This document shows, one piece after another, positions 26,232-41,055 of a DNA stretch of 64,000 bases. The translations under genes and the position numbers were made by a program. The notes beneath the pieces were generated by a model. The model had not been told where the DNA came from, did no database searches, and saw only the letters and a program-made list of their open reading frames with translations. Position 1 is the stretch's first letter. Each line of letters begins with the position of its first letter. Source of the stretch: Octopus sinensis (Eukaryota); assembly GCF_006345805.1 (NCBI RefSeq), contig NC_043000.1:152768001-152832000 (forward strand), written 5' to 3'.

Positions 26232-26754
26232 CAATTAAGGACAACTACTTAATAAGGAAAACTTAACAAGAAATTGTCAGGTAGATAGCATGAAAACCTC
26301 ATAAGAGAAAAAATTTCGAAAATAATTATTTCTTATTGAACATATTAATTTATATATAGAGGGCATTATACATCCATGCCAGATGGCATTATACATACAT
26401 GCCACACGCTAAGAGGGACATTTAGTCATTTCTACCAAAAATATTACTAATCCCACCGAATGCAATTTCAAAGTAAGACATTTAAAAAATGGGATTAGTA
26501 ATATTTTTGGTAGAAATGACTAAATGTCCCTCTTAGCGTGTGTAGTATAATGCCATCTGGCATGGATGTATAATGCCCTTATATTAATATATATAATTTC
26601 AACATGAGGGCAAATTAATTAATTATTAATCAATGACAAGTGTTCGTATGCAAAGGACCATCAAGGCGAATTCAAATTATTACATTATATAAAAGGGCTT
26701 AGTATAAATACTTTGCCGCATATGAATCATAGAGTAGTATATAATATTTTATAA

Positions 26755-26842
<88 letters not shown>

Positions 26843-26923
26843 CATATATATATATACAATATATATATACATTTATATACATATATATACATATATATAT
26901 ATATATACATATATACACATACA

Positions 26924-27030
26924 CGAGGGGATGCTGAAAAGTTTCTGGTTTTGGGTATAGGAAAATACAGGAGGATCAGCTAATTACGATTTCATTCAAC
27001 ACATTCCCCTCTCAGATTCACATACCTTAA
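26924..27030 (+). mobile_element. Mariner-type TIR fragment
   Basis: CGAGGGGATGCTGAAAAGTTTC start next to a TA tract. Confidence 0.45.
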
Positions 27031-29265
27031 CATGTGATTTAAGTGCACTGTTAGCACAGCAGAACACAGTATTGGCTTATAAAAAACGTTTAATGTACTT
27101 TGTAGCATATTGTATTTGCATAACGATATGCCGTGGCCTTACAAGCCATTAATATTTACGTACCAGCTTCCAAGAATGTGTTTAATATGCAAATTGGTAT
27201 ATCCAATAACGTTACACCGCTATATGTAGTGGCTATTTAAGCAATGAGTTTGTGGATGATTAATGGGGTAGATGGGTGCTGAGGAAGAAGCAAAAACTCT
27301 CGAAATATGGCATATATGCCTGTTATTCATTTTTTCATCTTCGATCTCATTGTTTGTTCACACCTGACACCTCGGATACGAAACGCCGTTATAAAATCAG
27401 AGCTCTATTTTACTCTTTTACTTGTTTCAGTCATTTGACTGAGGCCATGCTGGAGCACCGCCTTTAGTCGAGCAAATCGACCCCGGAACTTATTCTTTGT
27501 AAGCCCAGTACTTATTCTATCGGTCTCTTTTGCCGAACCGCTAAGTGACGGGGACGTAAACACACCAGCATCGGTTGTCAGGCAATGCTAGGGGGACAAA
27601 CAAAGACACACAAACATACACACACATATATATATATATATACATATATCCGACAGGCTTCTTTCAGTTTCCGTCTACCAAATCCACTCACAAGGCTTTG
27701 GTCGGCCCGAGGCTATAGTAGAAGACACTTACCCAAGGTGCCACGCAGTGGGACTGAACCCGGAATCATGTGGTTGGTAGGCAAGCTACTTACCACACAG
27801 CCACTCCTGCGCCTATATTATGGATTTTGGTATAAATATTTTGTACTGTGTAAGGAGTTTTATACAGAGACGACGTTCTTTTAGTTTTTCATAATACTAA
27901 TATTAGCTTGATCTTTAAAAGTCCTCATAAAATTATTTAGCGAAATAGGTTTATGAATTACAATTGACCCAAAGTTTAACATTGTCATTTTGTTTGAGTT
28001 TTACCTCAAATTAGTTTTATCTTAAATTTTACTCTTACTGAAACTTTACTGAAAGAGTATTTCAATTAAATAAGAAACATAATAATCCAACTCTAGTATC
28101 CTTTAACGTTTAATCCATAATATTAGTAAACGTGTAAATCCATTATACTTAAATGAAGCTAGTCTGAACAGAGCTTCTCATTATTATAACGTAGCCAATG
28201 CGGCGAGCTGTCAGGGTCATCAGCGCGCTAGACGAAATACTTAGCGGTATCTCGCCCGTCGCTACGTTCTGAGTTCAAATTTCGCCGAGGTCGACTTTGC
28301 CTTTCATCCTTTCGGGGTCGATAAAATAAGTACCTGTTGAACGCTTGGGTCGATGAAATCGACTCATCCCCCACCTTCCCCAAGCTGATCTTCTGGCAAA
28401 AATTTGAATAATAATAATAATAATGGGCGTTATACCCGTTTGTCTATCTGTTCTCTCTTCACGGTCAAACGGCTAGACCAATGCACGATATTTTTCGGGA
28501 TTATGAAGGAGGTAATCAGGAAGTTTTTTTTAGCGAAAAAGAAAATGTGAAATGGTATGATTATTTAGTGGATATTGAGTTTTGTATTAATAAATCACCA
28601 TTGATTTTTTTTTTGGTTAAAATTCCGGCGACGAAGATTAACTCTGGATTTCCCCCACCCTCCAACCCGTATAGTTCGTGGATCTAGAGGGTTTAAATTT
28701 GCAATACAATCCCTTTATTTCCCGTCATAGATGAGCAGGTTTGCTATCTTACTATAATGGGCGTTATGCCCATCTGTCCGTCTCTTTATGTTCTCTCTTC
28801 ACCGCTAGACGGCTGGACCAATGGTTAAGATATTTTTGGAGATTACAAAGACAGTCGCCAGGAAGTTTTTTAGCATTAAAAAAAATCAGAAAGTATGATT
28901 ATTTCGTGGATGTTGATTTTTGAATTGATAAACCACCTTCGCATTTTTATCAAAAATTCACCGACCACAAGTTACTCTGGGTTTTCATCGTATAGTTCGT
29001 GGCCTCATCGTAGACGGTTAATAGTGAAAATAAAATGGAACAAGACAAGTGTGTCAGTATATAGTGTGTGTAATTATTTAGTGGTTATTGAAGTGTGTCA
29101 GTCTCGAGCAGGATTCGAAACGGCTAATTGAAATGGCTGTTGTTTTCATCTCAGTTTTGTCAATCAAAATAACCCATGGTAACAGAAAATCCAGACATTA
29201 TTTGCATAGAACAGTGAGAGCTAAGTCTTAGTTCGATTTTTTGCAACCCTAAAGATTCCACCTGC

Positions 29266-29412
29266 ACATTCAGAGCAAACAAGGCACAGGGCCCCATTCC
29301 GATGTTTACACACAGCCTGTTATACGTTGCTACGAGTAGAGCAATGGACTCCAGCAATTTGAAAATCAGTGTCGACCGAACAGAAAATATCATCTACAAA
29401 GAAGTTTTGTAA
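29266..29412 (+). mobile_element. Helitron Pif1-like helicase C-terminal fragment
   Basis: ANKAQG...FTHSLLYVATSRA...TENIIYKEVL* matches the Helitron/Pif1 NKAQG...FSHGQLYVA.SR...T.NIVY.EVL terminus. Confidence 0.8.
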
Positions 29413-30311
29413 TCATATTGATATTATCAAAAGGAATACGATTCATAATTTAAATAAGGAAATCTGTGAACTTTGAATGTATAAGAGTATAAACAAGTGT
29501 AAAATAGTGTAAGCAACTAAAATAAAAGTATATCTAAATAACATTGTTTTCTTAATAATTTTTATGAAGATGTCTAAGGAAGCTCTGGCTTTCGTTAGGG
29601 GTGGTTCACATAACCATTCACGATACAGAGTCTATTTCAGTTTGGGAGTGAATCGTCATCACATGTCACTTAGTCGCAAACACATGTCATACAGCTGCAG
29701 TAGAATGCTGTATCACCAACAATAATGTGATTTCTCTGAGACATCAACCAGTAACCTATCAAGTCCATTTACACATTTCTCAATACATGTTGCTGTTATG
29801 ACTTCCCTCCCTCATTTTATGCCTCCATCGAAGATGGATAGATTTGCTAATTATTAATATGCGGCCGATCGTAATAGCAGATTTAAGGATAAGTTATAAT
29901 ATACGGCTACTTTAATGTTTCAAAACGTAAAAATAACCTGAGCTAATCCAGTCAACAGTTTAATCATGCATACAAATATCAATACTGACTTTCTGAATTT
30001 AATCTCTTTCACTTTTCCGATGAACCATAAAATGTAAGACTTTTTGTCACTGCAATTTTATTACAGAAAAGTATTTTACTAAATTTTGGAGGTTCAGTCT
30101 AATATTTGAATTCCAAAAGCCTTTCCAACAACAATAACAAACTGTTTTCCACCTGTAATCGCTTTTTCCCTCTTCACGGTAATTATGTTTCGAATAACTT
30201 TAGGTCTAGCACTGACATTGGACTGCTTTGAAATTCGTTTGTATATATGGATGTATAAACATATGTGCATACGTACGTATGTACGTACGTACCTACCTAC
30301 CCACCCACCTG

Positions 30312-30345
<34 letters not shown>

Positions 30346-31879
30346 CAGACAAATTTCAAATCAATCCAGAGTTATTCTTTAGTTGAACCTAAATATGATA
30401 TGTATCTATGTACGTACGCATGTGTGAATGTAGGTGTGTCTAACAAACTTATTTTTCAATATACTGTGCCAGCCGAGGTTACAGTAGTAGACACTTTTTC
30501 CAAGGTGCTACGCAGTGGGATGGAATCCAAGAACCACACTGCGTAAAGTGAGCTTCTTAACCTCACAACCATGCCCAGGTGTGAAGATACATGCCTAGAA
30601 ATAAAATACAAGAGATAAAAATGTTTCCTAGATATTATAACATTAGTAAGCAAACATAATGCTTATATTTCTTAAGCATTCATGACAATATAACAATAAA
30701 TATTATTGTTTTATATTTCCCATGATATTTACAGTTGTTAGCAAAAATAGTTTTGCTAATTATACATTATATAAAATAGTCAGTCATAGAATGTCTTTGA
30801 GTCCTTATATCCTGGTAATAAAGGAAAAAGTAAAACAAAGGTAATTGCAATTTAATGTCCGTTTACAAATAATTTTTTATTATGTGGGTGTAAAAATAAT
30901 TCTAGAAAAGTATTTTGTCTAGATATTTTAGAAAATTTTGTAGTTATATATATATATATATTATGAGATTTTATCTCATTTTATGTGTTAGAACGAATAT
31001 ATCTTCTGATAAAGACTGTATATATTCGTGGGAGTAGATTTGGAAAGCGAAAAAAATCGATGCAATTCCCTGCAACATTCCTGGAATAAGTGGAAACAAG
31101 ACTGAAACCGCGAACCGATCTTACATCTTGACCGACGTTGCTCATGATATTAGAATCATGATATTAGAACCTTGACATGAGAATCAAAGATTGTTAGATT
31201 CTGTCGCCTTATTTTCCTTTTAATATCAGATGTGTTCATCGAACATATATTGCCATATTTGACGAATCATTCATTTGAGGAGTGTATACGTTTTATTAGT
31301 GTATATTCTCTACAAAAATGCAAGAATATTTTTCTACATTTGCGCTTTTTAATGAATTGTTTTTCCTTTAAGTTAAATTCATTTGTATGCGAAAGTAAAT
31401 AATGTTTGCCGAAACTTATTACTTTCGTTCCAATAGTAATGTAATTTCATATAGAACTTGCAACAATTTCTTCGAAATTTTTCTGACATCTGTCGTCATA
31501 AATGACGTGTTTTTTAATAAAGTTTTATAAAAACTTTATAAAGTTTTCTATATTGTTGAATCGTTCATGAAGAAACTTTAAGTCATGCGAAGGCACATGC
31601 TTGTGTTCCTTTTGTGTTTGTGTTCCCTTTGGTCTGTGTCTGAGTGTCCGTTGTTTTGAGTTATTTTAAAGATGCTTCAATGGATTACTTATTTACTTGT
31701 TTGTAATCCTAGTTGGCGCATGTATTTTTGAATCTATTATAAACTCGTTGTAGTTTTGTCGTTTGACACGCCCAAGAACAGACGGGTGCATGTGCGCACG
31801 AACACATACAATTTTCGTTTCAGCAGTAAGTTTTTTGCTTCAACTTTTTTTACTTCTTGCAACCATTTCTAGACGAAAT

Positions 31880-32336
31880 CTAAAATTTAGGGCCGCTTCT
31901 ATCATTGACCTTTGTCTTTTTTAGTTTAGCTCCCTTTGCAATATCGCTCAGTAATGCAGCTCGATTGGGAGCAGCCGTCTGAGATCGTTCTGAACCCGTC
32001 GTTGGCTGTAACAGCGACGTTGGCAGCGATGCTTGACGTTTCGGACCGAGGTGAGGTCCTGCTTCAGACGACAAAGACTTCGATGGCAATAACGGTCGTA
32101 AGGGTGACAGCGGCGGCAGTAGTGGTGGTGGTGGTGGTGGTGGTGGAGTGGCTAGAGGAGGCTTATGTACAACTTCTATTGGAGGTGGAGTTTTAGGAGG
32201 TGGTGGTAAAGGTGACACAGGTGTAAATAGTTCTTCGGCTTCTGCCTGAGTAGTTTGGAATTGCGTAGTTTTCATGAACAAATCCATATTCGTGAGTGAT
32301 GAACGTTTTCGTTTTGTTTTCCTCCCAATGGACGAT
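31880..32336 (-). CDS. Slob: Terminal exon: basic patch, proline-rich tract and C-terminal WH2 actin-binding motif (RAALLSDIAKGAKLKKTKVNDRSGPKF*)
   Basis: tttctgtttcatccgcag acceptor (phase 2), TAG at 31882-31880. ALLSDI.KG.KLKK..ND is a WIP/PXK-type WH2 motif. Confidence 0.9.
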
Positions 32337-33421
32337 CTGCGGATGAAACAGAAATAAATATATAAATAAACAAATAGCAATTAGATTTAAACATCCAAGG
32401 AAATATCATAAGCAACCTATTTCTTTATTACCCACAAGGGGTTAAACACAGAGAGGACAAACAAGGACAGACAAACGGATTAAGTCGATTACATCGACCC
32501 CAGTGTGTAAATGGTACTTAATTTATCGACCCCGAAAGGAGGAAAGGCAAAGTCGACCTCGGATAATATCATAAGCAACCATTATATATTTAGGCGCTCA
32601 CAAACAAATGCCTATAACTGGTGTTTCGTATGTTTGTTTATAATCATGCCCGTGGAGGTGCAATGGCCCAGTGGTTAGGGCAGCGGACTCGCGGTCATAG
32701 GATCGCGGTTTCGATTCCCAGACCGGGCGTTGTGAGTGTTTATTGAGCGAAAACACCTAAAGCTCCACGAGGCTCCGGCAGGGGATGGTGGGGATCCCTG
32801 CTGTACTCTTTCACCACAACTTTCTCTCACTCTTACTTCCTGTTTCTGTTGTACCTGTATTTCAAAGGGCCAGCCTTGTCACTCTCTGTGTCACGCTGAA
32901 TATTCCCGAGAACTACGTTAAGGGTACACGTGTCTGTGGAGTGCTCAGCCACTTACACGTTAATTTCACGAGCAGGCTATTCCGTTGATTCGGATCAACC
33001 GGAACCCTCGTCGTCGTAACCGACGGAGTGCTTCCATCCCATATAATCATGTCTGCATTTGCAAATAGGTTCGTTTTGAACTGGATCAAAATGCAACGTA
33101 ATGCATAAAATTTGAAGACCTTTCACAGTTAAACCATATATATTTATATTCTCTTTTACTCTCTTTTACTTGTTTCAGTCATTTGACTGTGTCCATGCTG
33201 GAGCACCACCTTAAGTCGAACAAATCGACCCCCAGGACTTATTCTTTGTTAGCCTAGTACTTATTCTATCGGTCTCTCTTTTGCCGAACCGCTAAGGTAC
33301 GAGGACGTAAACACACCAGCATCGGTAGTCAAGCGATGTTGGGGGGACAAACACAGACACAAAAGCATATACATACATACATACATACATACATACATAC
33401 ATACATACATACATACATACA

Positions 33422-33453
<32 letters not shown>

Positions 33454-33654
33454 CACATATATACGACGGGCTTCTTTCAGTTTCTGTCTACCAAATCCAC
33501 TCACAAGGCTTTGGTAGGCCCGAGGCTATAGTAGAAGACACTTGTCCATGGTGTCACGCAGTGGGACTGAACCTGGAACCATGTGGTTCGTAAGCAAGCT
33601 ACTTACCACACAGCCGCTCTTACGCCTATATATATATACGCCTATATATATACG

Positions 33655-33692
<38 letters not shown>

Positions 33693-34064
33693 CGTATATT
33701 TGGATCAAATCCAAATTAAGAAATTTTGAGCTGACGAAAGAAATGCTGATTTTATTTGGCTAATCTTGAAACGTTGACGTACTCAAACGATCTATGTACT
33801 TGTGATATTTTTCTGTATTTACCTCCAAACCTTCGTGAGCTGTCTGGAGTAAACATTATCTGAGAGAAATTTTCTTTAAGTAGTAGAAATGCTAAGAAAA
33901 TTTTTTTTGGCTGTTATTTCTACTAAGTTCAGTATGTGGCAAAGTAATTTATTTTACTAAGCCCTAATTATATAATGTAATATTTTGAATTCGCCTTAAA
34001 TGGTCCTTTTACATACTGAACACTTGGTGAAATTGATTAATTAATTAATTTTACCCTCAATTGT

Positions 34065-34116
<52 letters not shown>

Positions 34117-35485
34117 TATAACGGGAGGTTTACGAAAATAAACAAAAGACGAAGGCAGATGGAGTACAAACAAACAAATGTATTAGTATGACGCTCAGCC
34201 TAATTAGTATGACGTTTCGAGCCTACGCTCTTCGACAAAAAGATACACAGAAAAGAAACAAGGAGAGAAAAATGCGTGTAGGTGCTATGGTCTATCATAT
34301 ATATATATATATATGAAGTTAATCCAAACAAGAAAACACAAAAAAAAAACACAGCAACGCGAGGACGTGGTACAAATAAAGTATTATTGGACGCTCAGGA
34401 AAGAAGGGAAGAAGGAGGGCTTAACGTTTTGAGCGGAGCTCTTCGTCGGAAACATAGGAGAAGGAAAGATCCCGAAAAAGGAAGACAAAGGAAAAGAAAT
34501 CGCTGGTGGTACTCACGAGGTCACATATTGATATATATATATATATATATATATATCATTTATTACCTTCATCGCTACACAAATGATAATGAAATATTAT
34601 CGTGAAAAGATTAAAAAAAAACTTAAGTTACTTAGAAGAGAGAAGCGTATACAACAAATTGATAGCCATAAGAAAACATTTAGTAAAAGAAAATATAAGT
34701 GAATAAGGTTGTCTGAATCCTACATTACAATGAGTCCGGAGGTTATCCGACTCTCAAACGTTTAAGCTACAGAGAGTAGGATACCTTTGCTACCTTCACC
34801 TGAACTGCACGCTAGTCCATCACAATTTTAACAAGTACTTATTTACAGTTAAGTGATTTAAAGTTACAGGAAATGAAGTGTCTTACTCAAGTGTGCAATA
34901 CATCGCCCGGTCTGAGAATCGAACTCATGATCATAAAACCAACACTCTAACCACCTGCCCATGCGCCTTCCCATAATTGAATAAGCTTAAATAAATAATA
35001 CATCGTGTTTCATGAAAGGTGTAACAGATTTATCATACTTATAAATATGGTATAAACACTGATCAACTTTCCAATCAGGTCAATGAATAACAACCTAATA
35101 TTTAAGTGAACCTATAACAGGGTTAGCTGCATACAAATACAAAACGAATCAACTCACCAACACAGATTATCATTGTTAAATTCTCAAAGAAATAACAAAA
35201 ACAAATTAACAAAAATAATTGTTCGAACATCAGGTGAGAATTGACACTGCTAGCCCTTCAACACCCAGCATAAGAATGGTAAGCTATATTTAAAGTCTTT
35301 CTGCACGTGTTCACCTCATACCTGTTATGATTCCTTGGGCGTGACTGTTTCCAAGAAGTACCTGATACCCCGCAGTAGATACCTCGTCCTGTACACCTTA
35401 CCCTTAGATATATTGTTAAATGCTATAATCGGTTGGAACATAAGAAAACGGGACATTGGTATAGAGATTTATAATAATGACTTAC

Positions 35486-35547
35486 TTTTGTGAAACCCCT
35501 TTGCGCAAAATTCGGAGATGTTCTTTGAGATTCTGCGGCAATGGTTC
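35486..35547 (-). CDS. Slob: Slob/PXK-like exon (EPLPQNLKEHLRILRKGVSQK)
   Basis: atatttcag acceptor, gtaagt donor, 62 nt (phase 0 to 2). Exactly bridges the phases of the flanking exons. Confidence 0.8.
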
Positions 35548-35833
35548 CTGAAATATGCACATAATTTATATATTATATATATAGAGATAATTGTCACATT
35601 TTATATTTACAGATAAATTTCTCTATTTATTTAATATCGAGGTCTCTTTCATTCTTTTGTTGTCTTACCATTACTATCAATATAGATAGATAGATAGACA
35701 CACACATACATATATAAATACATGTGTGTGTGCATGTGTATGTGTGTGTGTATGTTTAATTTCACTACTGTTGGATGAAGCACAACACGTTTTAACTGTT
35801 TATGCTCTCCACACTTTTTAACGATTCACTTAC

Positions 35834-35953
35834 TCGAGAAGGTCTGTAGCCTTTTAAAGCCGGATGTGGAACTTCTCTGAAGAAAGATAGATTGGACAGT
35901 TCTTCTAATGTCGGGAGCTGAGTAGATTTGTTGTCAAAAATGAAATCCAGCAC
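35834..35953 (-). CDS. Slob: Slob/PXK-like exon (VLDFIFDNKSTQLPTLEELSNLSFFREVPHPALKGYRPSR)
   Basis: ccttttttcag acceptor, gtaagt donor, 120 nt (phase 0 to 0). Resembles the Slob kinase C-lobe end (VL..IF.....P++EEL....FFR). Confidence 0.88.
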
Positions 35954-37049
35954 CTGAAAAAAGGAAAGAAAAATTTCTATATCTTCAACATAAACTGAAG
36001 TAAGGACCGGTTTCGCATTGCTCATAAAACTGAGAGTTGAAAGAGATAAATTGCTAAGGAGAAAAATATATTACTGTGATGATCAAGCCATTTTACGGGA
36101 GAGTAAACGCAGTCGTTTGACCTGTCAGCAATAATGGTTAAATTTTCTTGAAATCATATCCTGTAATCTTAAAGCCGGAATATAAATCACATTAAGAAGT
36201 ATGGTTCAAATACATTGTGCCAGAAAATAAAATGAAATGATCACAATTGGAACGCTTTGACCATACAATTGTTACTCGCGGCTGAGCTGCGGTTTAACAG
36301 CAATAGCAAAGAGACTATTTACTCCTGATGTCTTTTCGGCTCAAACGAAGGAAATTGATTACTAAGTTGATCGTTAATTAACTGGAAATAGAGGATGCAA
36401 ATGTAGATGCTTGCTCTGTCAAATTAACCATCTATCAAATTATTATACTGCAGATTAGTTTAATCATATTTGGATCGAGTTTTGATATGGTATAATATTT
36501 TTAATTTTTTGGTCGTATACATTTCTAATTCCTCTATTTCCCCCTTAGTCTCATCTTTACTATTTCTATGAAAGTGAAAATATAAAAAGAAACAAAGATT
36601 TCAGAGCAGCCAAGAAATAATGGCTTCAAATTCTGATACAAGGCAAGAATGTTTGGGGGGAAGAGTAAGTCGATTACATCAAACCCAGAATTCAACTGGT
36701 ACTTATTTTACTGACCCTGAAAGGATGAATGTCAAAGTTGATCTCGGCAGAATTTGAACTCAAAACGTAAAGCCGGACGAAATGCCGCCAAATATTTTGC
36801 CTGGCGAGCTAACCATTATGCCAGCTCGCCGCCTTGAACAGCCAAGAAATAATAATTTCTACAATAAGTACAAGGCTTGAAATTCAGGCGAGAAGTTAGT
36901 CGATTATATCGATCTTAGTAGGTAGTTAGTTCTTATTTTATCAACCCCGAAAGGATGAAAAGCATAGACGACCTCAGGGAATTTGAACACAGGACGTGAA
37001 GGCGGACGAAATGTCTCAAAGCATTTTGTCCGCCTTCACGTTCTTGCTC

Positions 37050-37385
37050 ACAACACCATAAGCGGAAAGTGTAACCTCTCGAAAGAGCTGTTCTTCACTC
37101 CTTCGCCCCAGAGCGTCGGCTGCGGAGTCATTCCGAAAAGCTCTATCTGCGACAATTTCATCTCAATCGAAAGAGAGGGGCTTTCTCTGTCCGGGTTGCG
37201 GATCCGTGGAATAAGCTGCCGGACGAGATGGTGAAGATGCCGACAACCGCTCGGTTCAAAGTCTCCCTTGACCTCAAGTGGCCTGAACTCTTTACATGAA
37301 CACCACTCTGTACATAACTCCATGTCCCCCTACATGGCCTTGCGTTTTACTTTTTGAGCCAAAAAATTAACTAACTAACTAACGT
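37050..37385 (+). mobile_element. CR1-clade LINE 3' end
   Basis: RLRSHSEKLYLRQFHLNRKRGAFSVRVADPWNKLPDEMVKMPTTARFKVSLDLKWPELFT*, then a (TAAC)n tail; GC-richer than flanks. Confidence 0.8.
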
Positions 37386-37895
37386 CCTGTGTTCAAATTC
37401 ATGCTAGCGATTCTGGCAGCCAATAATGACAACTGTATTGATAGATCTGTGTCGGTAACCAGGTCTCCGTCATGGCATGGAAGTTTTAACACCTAATAAA
37501 TTAAACAGTTTTGTGTGTTATCAAAATGGCTCGATATAGCTATTTAAGTGCTAACACATTGTCTAATGCCAAGCAACTTATTAAACAAGTAACAACTTTG
37601 AAACAAGAAATAATAATTATTCAATTTGGGTGGTGAGGTTTCATCAATTATATTAACATCAGTACTTAACCAACGCTTACTTTATCGACTTTGAAAGGCT
37701 GACAGGGAGAAACAACCTCAGCTGCAATTGAACTTACGTACGTAACGAGATGTAACTAAATACCACAGACATTCTACTTCAATACAGCTTTCCACGTCTT
37801 TTAAAACAAGTAGGATTACAGGATATAATTAATAGTGTGGTAAATATAGTTTAAAAACGAATCTGTATTAAAAATATGAAATAGAACTAACGTAC

Positions 37896-37993
37896 GTTTG
37901 ATACTGCTGGGTATACGCAACATGTCATTTCATCGACTCTGGGGTAGGTGTCTTCCAGTTCCATACCTGTGGACATCTCGAACAGAAGATGAC
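37896..37993 (-). CDS. Slob: Slob/PXK-like exon (GHLLFEMSTGMELEDTYPRVDEMTCCVYPAVSN)
   Basis: tctcttacag acceptor, gtacgt donor, 98 nt (phase 1 to 0). FGHLL[FY]EM is characteristic of Slob/PXK. Confidence 0.9.
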
Positions 37994-38152
37994 CTGTAAG
38001 AGATTGAAAAGTTCAATAAAGAGTCTCAGTAATTTTAGATGCAATTCATATGAAGTGTGGTTTAAAAATAAAGACAGATAGGTGAGTTTTTTGTTTTTAT
38101 ATTTTTTTCTGTTAAACTGAGATTTAAATATTCGACTATATATATATATATT

Positions 38153-38382
38153 TCTTTACTACCCACAAGGGGCCAAACACAGAGGGGACAAACAAGGATA
38201 GACAAAGGGATTAAGTCGATTACATCGACCCCAGTGCGTAACTGGTACTTAATTTATCGACCCCGAAAGGATGAAAGGCAAAGTCAACCTCGGCGGAATT
38301 TGAACTCAGAACGTAACGGCAGACGAAATACCGCTAAGCATTTCGCCCGGCGTGCTACCGTTTCTGCCAGCTCGCCGCCTTA
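38153..38382 (-). mobile_element. SINE family C (Meta-domain-like GCCTTTCATCCTTTCGGGGTCGATAAA). Copies about 6868-7003, 20250-20475, 28196-28410(+), 32420-32562, 36615-36835, 36860-37040, 46275-46505, 52640-52840
   Basis: Shared body and long TSDs (TATTCGACTATATATATA here; TTTTAGGCAACAC.GTATATG at 46253/46502; AATATCATAAGCAACC at 32402/32565). Confidence 0.85.
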
Positions 38383-38543
38383 TTCGACTATATATATAGT
38401 TAGGGTAAATCCCAGCTCTTTCCTCTTGAAGCACATCGGCTTATTCTACTATTATAATCGATAAGTATCCATAGTAACTGCTGTATATGAATTGAAGCAA
38501 ATACATTAAAATTGAGAATTATGGAATATCACCATCAACTTAC

Positions 38544-38653
38544 CAAACATTAAAACTGACAATGAATTATCTGGTGTATCTGTTAGTTTCCTTCGAAAAA
38601 GCGGCGACAGGAGATAATGTTTTTGAAAGAATATATTTTCAGTATCAGTTAAC
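38544..38653 (-). CDS. Slob: Slob/PXK-like exon (LTDTENIFFQKHYLLSPLFRRKLTDTPDNSLSVLMFG)
   Basis: tttctcctcaaag acceptor, gtaagt donor, 110 nt (phase 2 to 1). No DFG motif. Confidence 0.85.
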
Positions 38654-38752
38654 CTTTGAGGAGAAACAAAAATATAAACATATTTAACATTTAATGCTAT
38701 AGTAAATAGTCAGGGCTGTTTGTCTAAATATAAATGAAATTTACTTAACACA

Positions 38753-38850
<98 letters not shown>

Positions 38851-38874
38851 TGTTTTATCTTTTCTGGAGTATCG

Positions 38875-39230
38875 CCACTGGTGTTGTGATGTTTTTATTG
38901 ATCTATTCATCTTCCTTCTTTAGTTAGAATGAGATACCTCCTGTTGAGTGTCCAGTGGCGTTTAGAAGATATCTACATCTACAACATGCAGGTCACTAAT
39001 GCAGGATATTAAAAAGTTGTGATCCTTTAGACCCTTAGCTATTGTAGTATCTGACCTAAATCTGGATGGCGAGGACGAGATCTTTGGCTCTATGCAATGG
39101 CGCTCCGTTAAGGGATTAATGTGTCTTTTAATATCAAAATTTGGTGCAAGTCCTTCAAGGATCTTCAAGACATTATTGTATATTTTCTTATCCTCACTAC
39201 AGTGTGTAGTGTTTTAACATTTTATGCCTC
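38875..39230 (-). mobile_element. CR1/L2-like LINE 3' fragment, copy 1 of an inverted pair
   Basis: MKILEGLAPNFDIKRHINPLTERHCIEPKI...DLHVVDVDIF; near-identical inverted copy at 41395-41750. Confidence 0.7.
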
Positions 39231-39232
39231 TC

Positions 39233-39281
<49 letters not shown>

Positions 39282-40259
39282 ACGCACACACTTCATATTT
39301 ACTTTCCAGAGGTTTTAGAAACTGTAGTTTAGCTAATATATATAAATGTGTGAGCGCGCGCACGGCACATAAACTTAATTTCTCTGATACTACACTAGTA
39401 CATACATTTCGTATATTATCGACCTTAATAGGATTACATTATCAATTATATACAGTTGTTATTAATAAACAGATTAATTAACAAGGTTAATTATGGACGT
39501 ATGTATCCCCCCCTTTCTCTCTCTTTCTCTCTGTCTGACTATCTATTTGTCTGTCAGTCAGTGAGTCTGCCTACCTGCCTGTCTGCATCTATGTCTGTCT
39601 GTCTCTCTTTCACTCTTTCTCTCTCTCCCCTCCCTTTCTCTCTCTCTCTATGCGTGTCTGTGAGTGTTGTATATACTCTATTACTCTTTTACTTGTTTCA
39701 GTCATTTGACTGCGGCCATGCTGGAGCACCGCCTTTAATCGAGCAACTCGACCCCGGGACTTATTCTTTTGTAAGCCCAGTACTTATTCTATCGGTCTCT
39801 TTTGCCGAACCGCTAATTAACGGGGATGTAAACACACCAGCATCGGTTGTCAAGCAATGCTAGGGGGACAAACACAGACATACAAATACACACACACACA
39901 CATATATATACATATATACGACAGGCTTCTTTCAGTTTCCGTCTACCAAATCCACTCACAAGGCTTTGGTCGGCCGGAGGCTATAGTAGAAGACACTCGC
40001 CCAAGGTGCCACACAGTGGGACTGAACCCAGAACCATGTGGTTGGTAAACAAGCTACTTACCACACAGCCACTCCTGCGCCTATCTAGAGCTTTTTTTAT
40101 GGAAGATATGTCAGGGATGCTTAATATCCCTTTCTCCAACGAGGACTCAAAGGGAGCCGGGAAACAGGTCATAGGTATTACCGAGAAGTATATGCAGTAA
40201 AATGTCAACAATAGAGAATTGAATCCGGAAAATAGTTTTGTCTCACTAAAAGGGAGCCA

Positions 40260-41055
40260 TACATACGTACGTACGTACGTACGCACGTACATACATACAT
40301 ACATACATACATACATACATACATACATACATAATACATACATACATAATACATACATACATACATATATACATACATACATACATAATACATATATACA
40401 TACATACATAATACATACATACATACATACATACATACATACATACATACATACATAATACATACATACATACATAATACATACATACATACATACATGC
40501 ATACATAATACATACATAATAATACATACATACATACATACATACATACACACATATATACATACATGCATACATAATACATACATACATACATACTTAC
40601 ATAATACATACATACATACACACACACATACATACATACATACATACATACATGCATACATACATAATACATATATACATACATACATACATACATACAT
40701 ACATACATACATACATACATACATACATCATACATACATACACACACACATACATACATACACATACATACATTCATACATACATACATACTACATACAT
40801 ACATACATCATACATACACACATATATACATACATACATACATACATACATAATACATACATACATACATACAACATACATACATTCATAATACATACAA
40901 TACATACATACCACACACACACATACATACATACATACATGCATTCATACATACATAATACATACATATATACATACATACATATATACATACATACATA
41001 CATACATACATACATACATACATACATACATACATACATACATACATACATACAT
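40260..41055. repeat. Degenerate (TACA)n/(TACATAA) microsatellite; many similar (TA)n, (CA)n, (TATG)n and (TCTA)n tracts across the window
   Basis: Read directly. Confidence 0.97.
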
